In this document: in pieces, positions 29,946-38,587 of the stretch
How the letters are laid out: every line of letters begins with the position of its first letter
Position numbering within the stretch: the first letter of the stretch is position 1
NCBI GenBank assembly: GCA_050331735.1
Contig: JBHJGN010000024.1
Location: 10,755 to 74,754, forward strand
Length of the DNA: 64,000 nt
From: Cyanophyceae cyanobacterium
GTDB lineage: Bacteria > Cyanobacteriota > Cyanobacteriia > Cyanobacteriales > JBHJGN01
Direction: 5' to 3'
Program-made: the position numbers and the translations under genes
The notes under the pieces: model-generated
The model's input: the letters and a program-made list of their open reading frames with translations, nothing else
Databases searched by the model: none
Told to the model about the DNA's origin: nothing

Positions 29946-32900
29946 ATGCAACACTCGCTTCTCAAAGACGATCCCCTGTGGTTTAAAGATGCCGTGATTT
30001 ATGAAGCGCCAGTTCGGGCATTTGCCGACAGCAATGGCGACGGTATTGGCGATTTTCGGGGCTTGACAGAAAAGCTTGACTACCTCAGAGATTTAGGCGT
30101 GACAGCCGTCTGGATACTGCCCTTTTTTCCTTCTCCGCTGCGAGATGACGGCTACGATATCGCTGATTACGGCAACGTTAATGCCATCTACGGTAATTTA
30201 GATGACTTTCAAGCGTTTCTCGATGCGGCCCACGAGCGAGGCATCCGCGTCATTATTGAGTTAATTGTTAACCATACATCCGATCAGCACCCCTGGTTTC
30301 AACGGGCGAGAAAAGCTCCCCCCGGCAGTAAGGAGAGAGATTTTTATGTGTGGAGCGATACGCCAGATAAGTTTCCAGACGTGCGCATTATTTTCCAGGA
30401 TTACGAAACCTCTAACTGGGCGTGGGATCCAGTAGCGAAAGCGTATTACTGGCATCGCTTCTACTCTCATCAGCCTGATTTGAACTACGACTCTCCAGAG
30501 GTCCAGCAGGCAGTACTTAATATTGTTGATTTCTGGCTTCAGATGGGGGTAGATGGTATGCGTCTAGATGCGGTCCCCTACCTGTGCGTTGAAGAAGGAA
30601 CGAATTGCGAAAATCTTCCCGGGACTCATGCCTTTCTCAAGAGTTTGAGAGCGCATATTGACCAGAAATTCCCGAACCGGATGTTGCTCGCGGAAGCGAA
30701 TCAGTGGCCCGAAGATGCCGCCGCCTACTATGGAGAAGGCGATGAGTGCCACATGAACTTTCATTTTCCCCTGATGCCGCGCCTGTTTATGGCGCTGCGC
30801 ATGGAAAACAGCTTTCCGATCATTGATATTTTGCAGCAAACGCCTGCTATTCCCGATAACTGTCAGTGGGCGCTGTTTTTACGGAACCACGACGAATTGA
30901 CCCTAGAAATGGTCAGCGATGAGGACCGGGACTATATGTACCGGGTGTATGCTCAAGATCCCGATGCCCGTCTCAATTTGGGCATTCGCCGTCGGTTAGC
31001 TCCCCTACTGGGCAACGATCGCCGACAAATCGAGCTGATGAACGGGCTGCTGCTGTCTTTACCGGGAACTCCGGTGCTGTACTACGGTGACGAAATCGGC
31101 ATGGGCGATAATATATACCTTGGCGATCGCAACGGAGTGCGGACGCCGATGCAGTGGAGCGCCGACCGCAATGCCGGGTTTAGTCGTGCCAATCCCCATC
31201 GGCTCTACTTCCCCGTAATTTTAGAATCAGAGTATCACTACGAAGCAGTCAACGTGGAGGCGCAGCAAAGCAACACTAATTCGCTGTGGTGGTGGATGAA
31301 GCGCCTGCTGGCCACGCGGGCGCGGTTCAAAGCCTTTGGTCGCGGCACCTTTGAACTCCTGCATCCAGAAAATCGCAAAGTGCTTGCGTTTGTTCGCACC
31401 TACGAGGGCGAACACATTTTGGTAGTAGCCAATTTGTCGCGCTTTGCCCAAACCGTCGAACTTGACTTGACTCCCTTCAAAGGAATGATTCCGGTGGAGA
31501 TCTTCGGACAAACGAAGTTTCCCGCCATTGACGAATCGAGCTATTTTCTCAGCATTAGTCCGCACGCGTTTTACTGGTTTACGCTTCAGTTCCAAGATCT
31601 CTACCAGCTTCCTTACCCGAAAGCTGAGCCACCGCTGATTACCGTCAACGGCAAGTGGCAGAACGTGTTTGCCCAAAGCGAAGCTCAAAAGTCTTTAGAA
31701 TCGAGCCTGTCAGCTTATCTATACTCCTGTAGCTGGTTTGGACGCCACCGAACCATCCAATCTACTCACATCATCGAAGCGATTCCCATTGCCTACAAAG
31801 ATCGAGAAGCGGTGCTGACGCTTGTTCGGGTAGAATACACCGAAGGAACGCCAGAAATTTACGTGTTGCCTTTCGCCTATGGCACCGCTCATCCAGAAGG
31901 GGAAATTGCCAAAATTCAAACGAGCGAAGAGACGGGTGTGTTGTTTGATGCCTTGGCAGACAAAGACTTTTTAACCATTCCCCTAGAGGCGGTTGCTAAA
32001 GAACGAACGTATCAGGGGAAATCCGGTGAACTCAGAGCAGCGGCGACGGAAACCTTTGCGTCTCTATCGCAAGCGGTTAGCAATATCACCCCCCATCTGT
32101 TCCGAGGAGAGCAAGATAATAGCTCAATCGTTTATGGTGATCGCTTTATTCTTAAAGTTTATCGTCGAGTGGAAGCGGGCATCAATCCAGACTGGGAACT
32201 CGGTCGCTTTTTGACCGAAACCGCTGGCGACCTCGTCGCTCCAGCCGCGGGCGTGATTCGCTATCATCCCCGACAGGGAGACTGGATCACCGTCGCGGTG
32301 CTGCAAGGATATGTTTCCGATACCATCGATGCCTGGTCCTATACACTCGATAATTTGCGGGATTATTTCAACCGGATTATGGTCGAACAGACCGCGCTGG
32401 ATGAGGTTTATCTCCCCGACTCCATGAGAACTGTTCAATCTTTGGAAATTCCCGATTTTGTCTACGAAAGTATTGGCTCTTATCTCGTTTCGGCCCAGCA
32501 GTTAGGACAGCAAACCGCACAGCTCCATATGACTTTGGCCGCTGAAACGGACAATCCAAATTTTAAGCCAGAGCCGTTTACCTCTTTCTACCAGCGCTCT
32601 ATCTACCAATACAGCCGCAATCTTGCCGGACAGGTCTTGCTCTCGCTCAAAAACCAGCTCGACCAGCTTCCAGAGGCGACGCAGCAGTTAGCTCAAATCG
32701 TTCTCAATCGGCAAGCTCAAATTCTAGAGGGCTTTCGCGCTGTGCTAGATTATAAAATTGCCGCGATGAGAACCCGCTGTCACGGGAAATACCATTTAGG
32801 TCAGGTGCTGTATACGGGCAAAGATTTTTTGATCACCGACTTTAAAGGCGAAACTAATCGGCCCTTAAGCGAACGGCGGATGAAGCGATCGCCTTTGCGA

Positions 32901-33245
32901 GACGTAGCGGGTATGCTTCAGTCATTCAACTTTGCTGCTAGACTGGCTCTGCGTCGAGAACTAGAAAGCGGCATCATGCGTCCAGATAATCTACCGCTAA
33001 TGGAGCAGTGGAGTCACTTTTGGTATAGCTGGGTGAGCGCAGCCTTTCTCAATGCCTATCTAACGACTGCCGATCAAGCGGCCTTCTTGCCCAAGTCAGA
33101 TGCCGAACTCCAGGTGTTGCTGGATGCCTACCTTTTGGAGAAAGCGATTCAAGAGTTAAATAGCCAACTCCAGAATCCCCATCCTGAGTGGTTAGACATT
33201 GCTCTGCAATGGATTTCTCAACTGCTAGGAGCGGAAAGCGTCTAG
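29946..33245 (+). CDS. treS: Trehalose synthase (maltose alpha-D-glucosyltransferase) fused to a maltokinase-like domain
   Basis: GH13 motifs DDGYD, NHTSDQHPWF, RLDAV, LAEANQWPED, FLRNHDELTLE; C-terminal Mak/Pep2-like domain (HLGQVL, SPLRDVAGM). Confidence 0.95.
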   Translation: MQHSLLKDDPLWFKDAVIYEAPVRAFADSNGDGIGDFRGLTEKLDYLRDLGVTAVWILPFFPSPLRDDGYDIADYGNVNAIYGNLDDFQAFLDAAHERGIRVIIELIVNHTSDQHPWFQRARKAPPGSKERDFYVWSDTPDKFPDVRIIFQDYETSNWAWDPVAKAYYWHRFYSHQPDLNYDSPEVQQAVLNIVDFWLQMGVDGMRLDAVPYLCVEEGTNCENLPGTHAFLKSLRAHIDQKFPNRMLLAEANQWPEDAAAYYGEGDECHMNFHFPLMPRLFMALRMENSFPIIDILQQTPAIPDNCQWALFLRNHDELTLEMVSDEDRDYMYRVYAQDPDARLNLGIRRRLAPLLGNDRRQIELMNGLLLSLPGTPVLYYGDEIGMGDNIYLGDRNGVRTPMQWSADRNAGFSRANPHRLYFPVILESEYHYEAVNVEAQQSNTNSLWWWMKRLLATRARFKAFGRGTFELLHPENRKVLAFVRTYEGEHILVVANLSRFAQTVELDLTPFKGMIPVEIFGQTKFPAIDESSYFLSISPHAFYWFTLQFQDLYQLPYPKAEPPLITVNGKWQNVFAQSEAQKSLESSLSAYLYSCSWFGRHRTIQSTHIIEAIPIAYKDREAVLTLVRVEYTEGTPEIYVLPFAYGTAHPEGEIAKIQTSEETGVLFDALADKDFLTIPLEAVAKERTYQGKSGELRAAATETFASLSQAVSNITPHLFRGEQDNSSIVYGDRFILKVYRRVEAGINPDWELGRFLTETAGDLVAPAAGVIRYHPRQGDWITVAVLQGYVSDTIDAWSYTLDNLRDYFNRIMVEQTALDEVYLPDSMRTVQSLEIPDFVYESIGSYLVSAQQLGQQTAQLHMTLAAETDNPNFKPEPFTSFYQRSIYQYSRNLAGQVLLSLKNQLDQLPEATQQLAQIVLNRQAQILEGFRAVLDYKIAAMRTRCHGKYHLGQVLYTGKDFLITDFKGETNRPLSERRMKRSPLRDVAGMLQSFNFAARLALRRELESGIMRPDNLPLMEQWSHFWYSWVSAAFLNAYLTTADQAAFLPKSDAELQVLLDAYLLEKAIQELNSQLQNPHPEWLDIALQWISQLLGAESV

Positions 33246-33262
33246 CTTAACGCCTGCGGCGT

Positions 33263-33439
33263 TGGGGAAAAGGGCAAAGGGGAAGGGGGAACGGGATGAA
33301 CTAGACAGCTTGTTCCTTAACCCTGTGTTCTTGACCTGTCCCGTGCTTCCTGCGGAAAAACTGCGTAAACGCGACATTTCCCTTGCCCCTTTCCCCGTTC
33401 CGGAGGAACAGTTTCCCCCTTCCCCGTCCCTACGGAACA
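33263..33439. repeat. Modular repeat family C, downstream of treS
   Basis: Same modules as 29630-29835 in a different order. Confidence 0.85.
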
Positions 33440-34309
33440 CTAAACGATTTTCCGAACAATTGGGAAGCCCACACTCACCCGAGTGCCTTGAGCGGAGGAC
33501 CGAAGCTCTAGCCTGCCTCCGTGGGCTTCTACGATCTGTTGAGCGATCGCTAAACCGAGTCCGTTGCCGTCTGGTTTAGTGGTCAAAAATGGCTCGGTGA
33601 TGTGGGGCAATAGCTCTGGAGCGATCGGCTGGCCGCCGTTCGAGATGCTGACCCACGCTTGCGCTGCGTTGATGTCAATGCGCCAGCTAACGTCTTCTCC
33701 CGGGGAAATCGCTTCACAGGCGTTGCTGGCCAAATTGATGAACACCTGCTTGAGCTTGTCGCGATCGCCTTTGACCCAAACTGCCGTCGAGGGACTGACA
33801 AAACGCATGTTGCGCTCTGAGGCCACTGGTAAGGTCAAAACCAGGTTCAGAGTGTCTCTGATGAGCTTGTTGAGTTCGAGCTCGTGACGCTGAAGCACCA
33901 GCGGTCTAGCATAGAGCAAAATCTCGTCTACGAGTCTTTGTAAGCGTTCTGCTTCTTCTAAGGCGAGCGCCAGTCGGTCTTTTGCTGCTTCTGGCAAGGT
34001 TAACTTTTGGCAGGCGGACAGTCCCAGTAAAATCGTTGTCAGAGGACTCCGCATTTCATGAACAATTGTGGTTGCCTTAGCCCCAATTTTCGCTAAACGG
34101 GCAGTGGAATCAGGAGCTTCTAATTCCACATCTGGTGCGTGTTCTGGTTGCTGAGTCCTCTCTGGGTAGAATTGTTCGTCTAAGTGAGCTGGCACACCGG
34201 AGCTGCCTCCGGTGTGCCAGTTGTTTCCCGCCGTCTCACGGCGGGAAAGGTTGGCACCGGAACTTTGAGCTTTGGCTGCCCTTTGCTGATCTGGCATTCG
34301 GTTCTTCAA
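33440..34309 (-). CDS. Cytoplasmic histidine kinase (HisKA + HATPase, no sensor domain)
   Basis: HEMRSPLT H-box, QVFINLASNA N-box, PFLTTK..GNGLGL; start uncertain. Confidence 0.9.
   Translation of the reverse strand: MKNRMPDQQRAAKAQSSGANLSRRETAGNNWHTGGSSGVPAHLDEQFYPERTQQPEHAPDVELEAPDSTARLAKIGAKATTIVHEMRSPLTTILLGLSACQKLTLPEAAKDRLALALEEAERLQRLVDEILLYARPLVLQRHELELNKLIRDTLNLVLTLPVASERNMRFVSPSTAVWVKGDRDKLKQVFINLASNACEAISPGEDVSWRIDINAAQAWVSISNGGQPIAPELLPHITEPFLTTKPDGNGLGLAIAQQIVEAHGGRLELRSSAQGTRVSVGFPIVRKIV
34189..34270. repeat. Palindromic repeat D, copy 1 (within the kinase 5' region)
   Basis: CTGGCACACCGGAG-CTGC-CTCCGGTGTGCCAG and TTTCCCGCCGT-CTC-ACGGCGGGAAA hairpins; inverted partner at 35509-35597. 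Confidence 0.85.
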
Positions 34310-34463
34310 CGCTGTCTAAACAGCCTAGGAAACTGTGTTACTCCGACCAGAGGACGGCAAGCCTACTTGACATCGACGATCGAGAGTTCTCTTTGCCAGA
34401 TATCCTACCAAAGTCTCCTTTAAAAACAAAGCTTTTAATAATACCAAAATTACTTGATCTAGA

Positions 34464-35075
34464 TCAAGCTACTGAGGAAGTATTTAGCCTAATAGAGCGT
34501 CCTGAACGAGTGATGCTGCCTTCCTGCTCTAGACGCTTAAGGGCACGAGAGAGGGTTTCAGGAGTGAAACCTAGTTCGGTCGCGACATCTTTTAGGGGGC
34601 TATCCAAGGTAATAACGTTGTCGTTGGAGCGAGCCAGATAACGCAAGTACTGATGAACCCGTCGATGAGCTGTGCGCATATCTTGTAACTCCAGCCGCAC
34701 ATAGAGAGCCTGAATTTTGAAGGCGAGTTTGGCGATGAGATCTTCTGCCAATTCTGGGTAGTCGCGGAGGGTAGGGAGTAAAACTGGCTTAGGATAAACA
34801 ATCACCTGAGACTCGGTATCGGCGATCGCTGTACAAGAGTAGCTATCCGCGACGAGGGCTTCTTCTCCTAAACTGTCACTCTGGCGAGCAACTTGTAACA
34901 AAGCGACTCGCTCTTCCAAGGTATTGCGAATGAGCCTGACTCGTCCAGTGTTTAACATGAAAAAAGCAGTAGCTACATCCCCCTGGCAAAAAAGAGATTG
35001 TCCGTCGACAAGGTTTTGGATAGTAACAGCTTGGCGTAAAGTAAGCGGGAGGCTGGCCGGACTCAAAAGATCCAT
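34464..35075 (-). CDS. Crp/Fnr-family transcriptional regulator
   Basis: LFCQGD..GRVRL, LGE, HTH VATELGFTPETLSRAL. Confidence 0.9.
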   Translation of the reverse strand: MDLLSPASLPLTLRQAVTIQNLVDGQSLFCQGDVATAFFMLNTGRVRLIRNTLEERVALLQVARQSDSLGEEALVADSYSCTAIADTESQVIVYPKPVLLPTLRDYPELAEDLIAKLAFKIQALYVRLELQDMRTAHRRVHQYLRYLARSNDNVITLDSPLKDVATELGFTPETLSRALKRLEQEGSITRSGRSIRLNTSSVA

Positions 35076-35305
35076 AAATTTAACAAGTAGCTAGTGATTG
35101 CAAAAGCAGTAGCAGACGCGCTTTCCATCGCCGATCCAAAGACGCTGGTTGTTTGTAGTCTCTTGCTTAATTGTGCTGGTTCTTTAATTATTAAAGGGCG
35201 TTTCTGAGAGATAGCTGATTTTTTGGCGAGATCCTGCCCAAAATTGGCGATTTTACTGCTTATCTATGGCTGATTTGGCCTTCATTTACCCCCACACGAA
35301 ATCTT

Positions 35306-35420
35306 AGTTGGGGGAAAGGGGAAGGGGTAAAGGGGAAAGGGAAGCACAGCAGCTCTTTGCCCTTGAACCTCCAACTCTTGGTTAGTTTGGGAACTATCTG
35401 ACTACTTTCGGTAAATGGTA
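35306..35420 (-). mobile_element. MITE family B, truncated copy
   Basis: Reverse complement of the first ~115 bp of 53029-53170; one intact TGGTA+TTA end. Confidence 0.8.
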
Positions 35421-35472
35421 TTATCCAGCAAAGCAATTGTCTCCTAAGTTTTACCCCCTGCTATACCTGCAC

Positions 35473-35504
35473 AAAAAACTGGCACTTCTTGTATAAGAAG
35501 TGCC
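35473..35504 (-). terminator. Rho-independent terminator downstream of the Met-rich protein gene
   Basis: GGCACTTCTT-ATAC-AAGAAGTGCC stem followed by AGTTTTTT on the minus strand. Confidence 0.7.
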
Positions 35505-35508
35505 GACT

Positions 35509-35597
35509 GCTCAAAGTTCCGGTGCCAGTTGTTTCCCGCCGTCTCACGGCGGGAAACAACTGGCACACCGGAGGCAGCTCCGGCGGCTGCTTTGAGC
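35509..35597. repeat. Palindromic repeat D, copy 2
   Basis: GCTCAAAGTTCCGGTGCC...ACGGCGGGAAACAACTGGCACACCGGAGGCAGCTCCGG matches the reverse complement of copy 1. Confidence 0.85.
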
Positions 35598-35689
35598 AAG
35601 CTTAACCTTGGATATAGCTAGTTTTCTCTAGTAGAGCAAAACCGGGCCTGACGTACAATACTTTTTGTCTAGGCGACAGGAACAACCGC

Positions 35690-36127
35690 TCACCGACTCA
35701 TCACTAAAGCTAAATTGCGGAGCTGTAGATCGACAGCTCCTAGGTAGGTTTCATCTTCTGCTGCTTCAGGGGCTAAATCTCCAGATGCTACTGCCGCCTG
35801 TACCAGAGAATCTGAGTCAATTTCTCCAGAACGAACCCCCTCGGCGAATTGGGCAAAAGCGGGAATTCCCTGCTCTGTATACTCCCCTCCGTAGGCAGAG
35901 CGAACGAGACTGAACGCCTCTGTCATCGGAACGTTAAATTCCATCATCATCATTTCCATCATCATCATCTGCATCATCAGAGACATCTCTCGGTCTCTGA
36001 GTCTCTCAGTAAACTGAGCAATGCGCGTCTCCTCTGTTTGCTCTTGTTTTAGCTCTGCCATTGCCGAGGGTGCAAAGGCAGTAGACGCTAATAAAACAGA
36101 CAAACCACCAACAAATAATTTTTTCAT
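35690..36127 (-). CDS. Secreted hypothetical protein with a methionine-rich tract
   Basis: Signal peptide MKKLFVGGLSVLLASTAFAPSAMA; MSLMMQMMMMEMMMME; C-terminal AFSLV..AYGG..QGIP..LVQAAV..YL.AVD.QL domain. Confidence 0.8.
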   Translation of the reverse strand: MKKLFVGGLSVLLASTAFAPSAMAELKQEQTEETRIAQFTERLRDREMSLMMQMMMMEMMMMEFNVPMTEAFSLVRSAYGGEYTEQGIPAFAQFAEGVRSGEIDSDSLVQAAVASGDLAPEAAEDETYLGAVDLQLRNLALVMSR

Positions 36128-36382
36128 TGTTTAACCTTTGACTGATTCAAATACGTTGTCGAAACTTGACGAGTTTTAGAATCTCGTTTGCTTCAAGCCT
36201 AATATTGGCTTATAAGTTCAGCGAGAGCAACCACTCCTGCCAAGAAAAGTTTATTGATTGGCAGTAAGAAGCAGAATACAGCATTGGGGATAAATTTGAA
36301 AAGCTGCATCTTCATTGAGACAATGCTTGGCAAGTTTAGGAGAACAAACTGAAAAAACGCTGAGAAATATGCCACTTTTTCT

Positions 36383-38383
36383 TTAAGATTCTCGTCCAGT
36401 AGCCCAGCGATCGCGCCACTTAACCGTTCCTTCACTAGCGATTACCCAGCGGCGACAGACCAAGTTTTCCCGCAGCGGAGATTGTCCGGCTCGCCAGATG
36501 GCATATTTGTAGGCAATCAGTTGACCGACACTTTCTTCAAAGGGAATCTCACCGAACCAGGTATTGGAGTTGATGTATTCTAGCGGATAAGCTTTAGCAA
36601 TATCCCAGTTCCCTAATTCTGGGCAGTCTCCGGTGACGACGACGGTTTCTCCCGGTTGAGTCTGTACGCCGTTAAGCTGAACGCGCACAATCGTTTGTCC
36701 TTTCACCCGTTCTCCCACATGACTGAGAACAATCACCTGTTTCGAGTCGAGGGCCAAATTGTAGAGATGTCCGTCCTCTACTTCCAGCTTGTTCACCGAC
36801 ATTACATCCGTGTGTTCTCCATTCGGTAACTCGGTGTCAACGGCTTCAACGGTGGTTGGTTCTCCCCGGTTCATCGCCACAAATAGCACCGAATCTCGAT
36901 AGCGACGCACATAGCAGTACACGTCAGGAGTAATGTATTTTTGCCACTGACCGCCCATAGAAACGGCGGGATTCAGTCGCCGCAACCCAGAAAGGAGGCG
37001 AATCTCCCGATAGATATCGGTATCAGCATCCCAGGTCTCCATCATTGGGCGGTTGTAGGGATCGTTATTGCCGTAGGGATTGCTGTCGCCATTGGTATCG
37101 TTGTGCAAGTACTGTTCTGTACCGTAGTACAGACAGGGAATCCCGCGAGCCGTCATCACGAAAGCTACGGCCAAACGCAACGCGTCTGGGTCGGGGTTGA
37201 GGGTTTGGAACCGATGCATGTCATGATTGTCGATAAAAGTGACGAGTTCAGTCGCGCCGTCGTAGCGATCATCAAGATCGAGAATGTCCTGAACTAAGTA
37301 GAAACCTTGCTCATCGTAAGTGCCCAAAGCCTGACGAACGGCCATCGCCAAGCCAAAATCCAAGAGCGTAATCCCAGCATTGTTGGCAAATTCTACAGAA
37401 CGCTCGTCTTCAGGATGGTTGTAGATCCATTCCCCAAACATAAACACGTCTGGTCGATGGGACTGAATATCGGCGCTGAACTCTTGCCAGAACCAGATTG
37501 GCATGTGTTTGACAGTATCAATCCTCAGGGCATCTACGCCCCGGTCTAGCCACTGCTTGATGGCCGATTTAATATAGTTGCGATACTCAGTATTATTTTC
37601 ATTGAACGTTGCTAACCCAGAGAGTTCGCCGTTTTGCACCTGCCACTCGTCTTCCCAATTCGTGATGATGCCGTAGTGGTGATACCAGCCGTTGTTGTCG
37701 TTGTTAAAGTCGGCAATTTTCACGCCATCGTCGTAGAGTTCGCCTTTTTTGCCGCTGAAATCAGGATTACTATGGTTACAAACGATGTCTAAAATTAGCT
37801 TCATGTTCCGCTGATGTAGTTCATCAATCAGGCGGTCGAAGACAGTATTTCGGGTTTCCTGTGTTTTGTTGAGGGAAGGCTCTTCTCCTTTGGCAATGTA
37901 GCGCTGGTTGAGACGTTTAAAATCTTTGGTCCAGTAACCGTGAATGGCGGCTTGCTCAATAAATAAAGCTTCGACTTGTTCAAACAAGGGCGTTAACCAT
38001 AAGGCGGTCACGCCCAAGTTTTTTAAATAGTCCAGCTTATCGATGATTCCTTGCAAATCTCCGCCCCAGTATTTACCCCAATCTTGCTGTTCTGGATCGT
38101 ATAGTTCCGGGTTTGGTCCCTCGCTATTATTGGGGTCTCCATCGTAGAAACGGTCTACCACCACAAAATAAATGGTTTCTTGGCGAAACTCAATATCTCT
38201 GGTGTAGAGAAAGTCAAGGTCTACATCGCTTTCTGGTGGGGGTTCGGTAACGAGCGTTTCTACCTTCGCGTCCGCTTCTGGTTGAGGAACTTCGTACTGA
38301 GAGCGGGACGATCTCAGAGTGGGGTCTGCTGTGGATGGGCTAGCCTGAGCTTGAGAAGGATCGGAGGGAGGATGTGCAACCAT
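36383..38383 (-). CDS. GH13 alpha-amylase/CGTase-like glycoside hydrolase with C-terminal CBM20
   Basis: DRFYDGD, GGDLQGI, HGYW, RIDTVKH, FGEW, FIDNHD, GDCPELGNWD (CBM20); no signal peptide. Confidence 0.92.
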   Translation of the reverse strand: MVAHPPSDPSQAQASPSTADPTLRSSRSQYEVPQPEADAKVETLVTEPPPESDVDLDFLYTRDIEFRQETIYFVVVDRFYDGDPNNSEGPNPELYDPEQQDWGKYWGGDLQGIIDKLDYLKNLGVTALWLTPLFEQVEALFIEQAAIHGYWTKDFKRLNQRYIAKGEEPSLNKTQETRNTVFDRLIDELHQRNMKLILDIVCNHSNPDFSGKKGELYDDGVKIADFNNDNNGWYHHYGIITNWEDEWQVQNGELSGLATFNENNTEYRNYIKSAIKQWLDRGVDALRIDTVKHMPIWFWQEFSADIQSHRPDVFMFGEWIYNHPEDERSVEFANNAGITLLDFGLAMAVRQALGTYDEQGFYLVQDILDLDDRYDGATELVTFIDNHDMHRFQTLNPDPDALRLAVAFVMTARGIPCLYYGTEQYLHNDTNGDSNPYGNNDPYNRPMMETWDADTDIYREIRLLSGLRRLNPAVSMGGQWQKYITPDVYCYVRRYRDSVLFVAMNRGEPTTVEAVDTELPNGEHTDVMSVNKLEVEDGHLYNLALDSKQVIVLSHVGERVKGQTIVRVQLNGVQTQPGETVVVTGDCPELGNWDIAKAYPLEYINSNTWFGEIPFEESVGQLIAYKYAIWRAGQSPLRENLVCRRWVIASEGTVKWRDRWATGRES

Positions 38384-38587
38384 AGATTTTTTAAAGTACC
38401 TGGAACACAAAACGATGTCTCCTAAGATTACAAAATTTTACAAATTACCGAAATACATCTTTGGATAGGAGAATAGGCAGTCGCCACCAGTCGGCTCAAC
38501 CCCCCAGTGATGAATAGATTTTCATTAAGATTAAGATAGTAGAGGAACCAGCTCTCGTCGCCGATTAGGGCTACTCGGAGTCTTTCT

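Noticed and set aside
35849..36052. His-rich ORF (HHHHFHHHHLHH)
   Set aside because: Antisense reading of the ATG runs of the Met-rich gene
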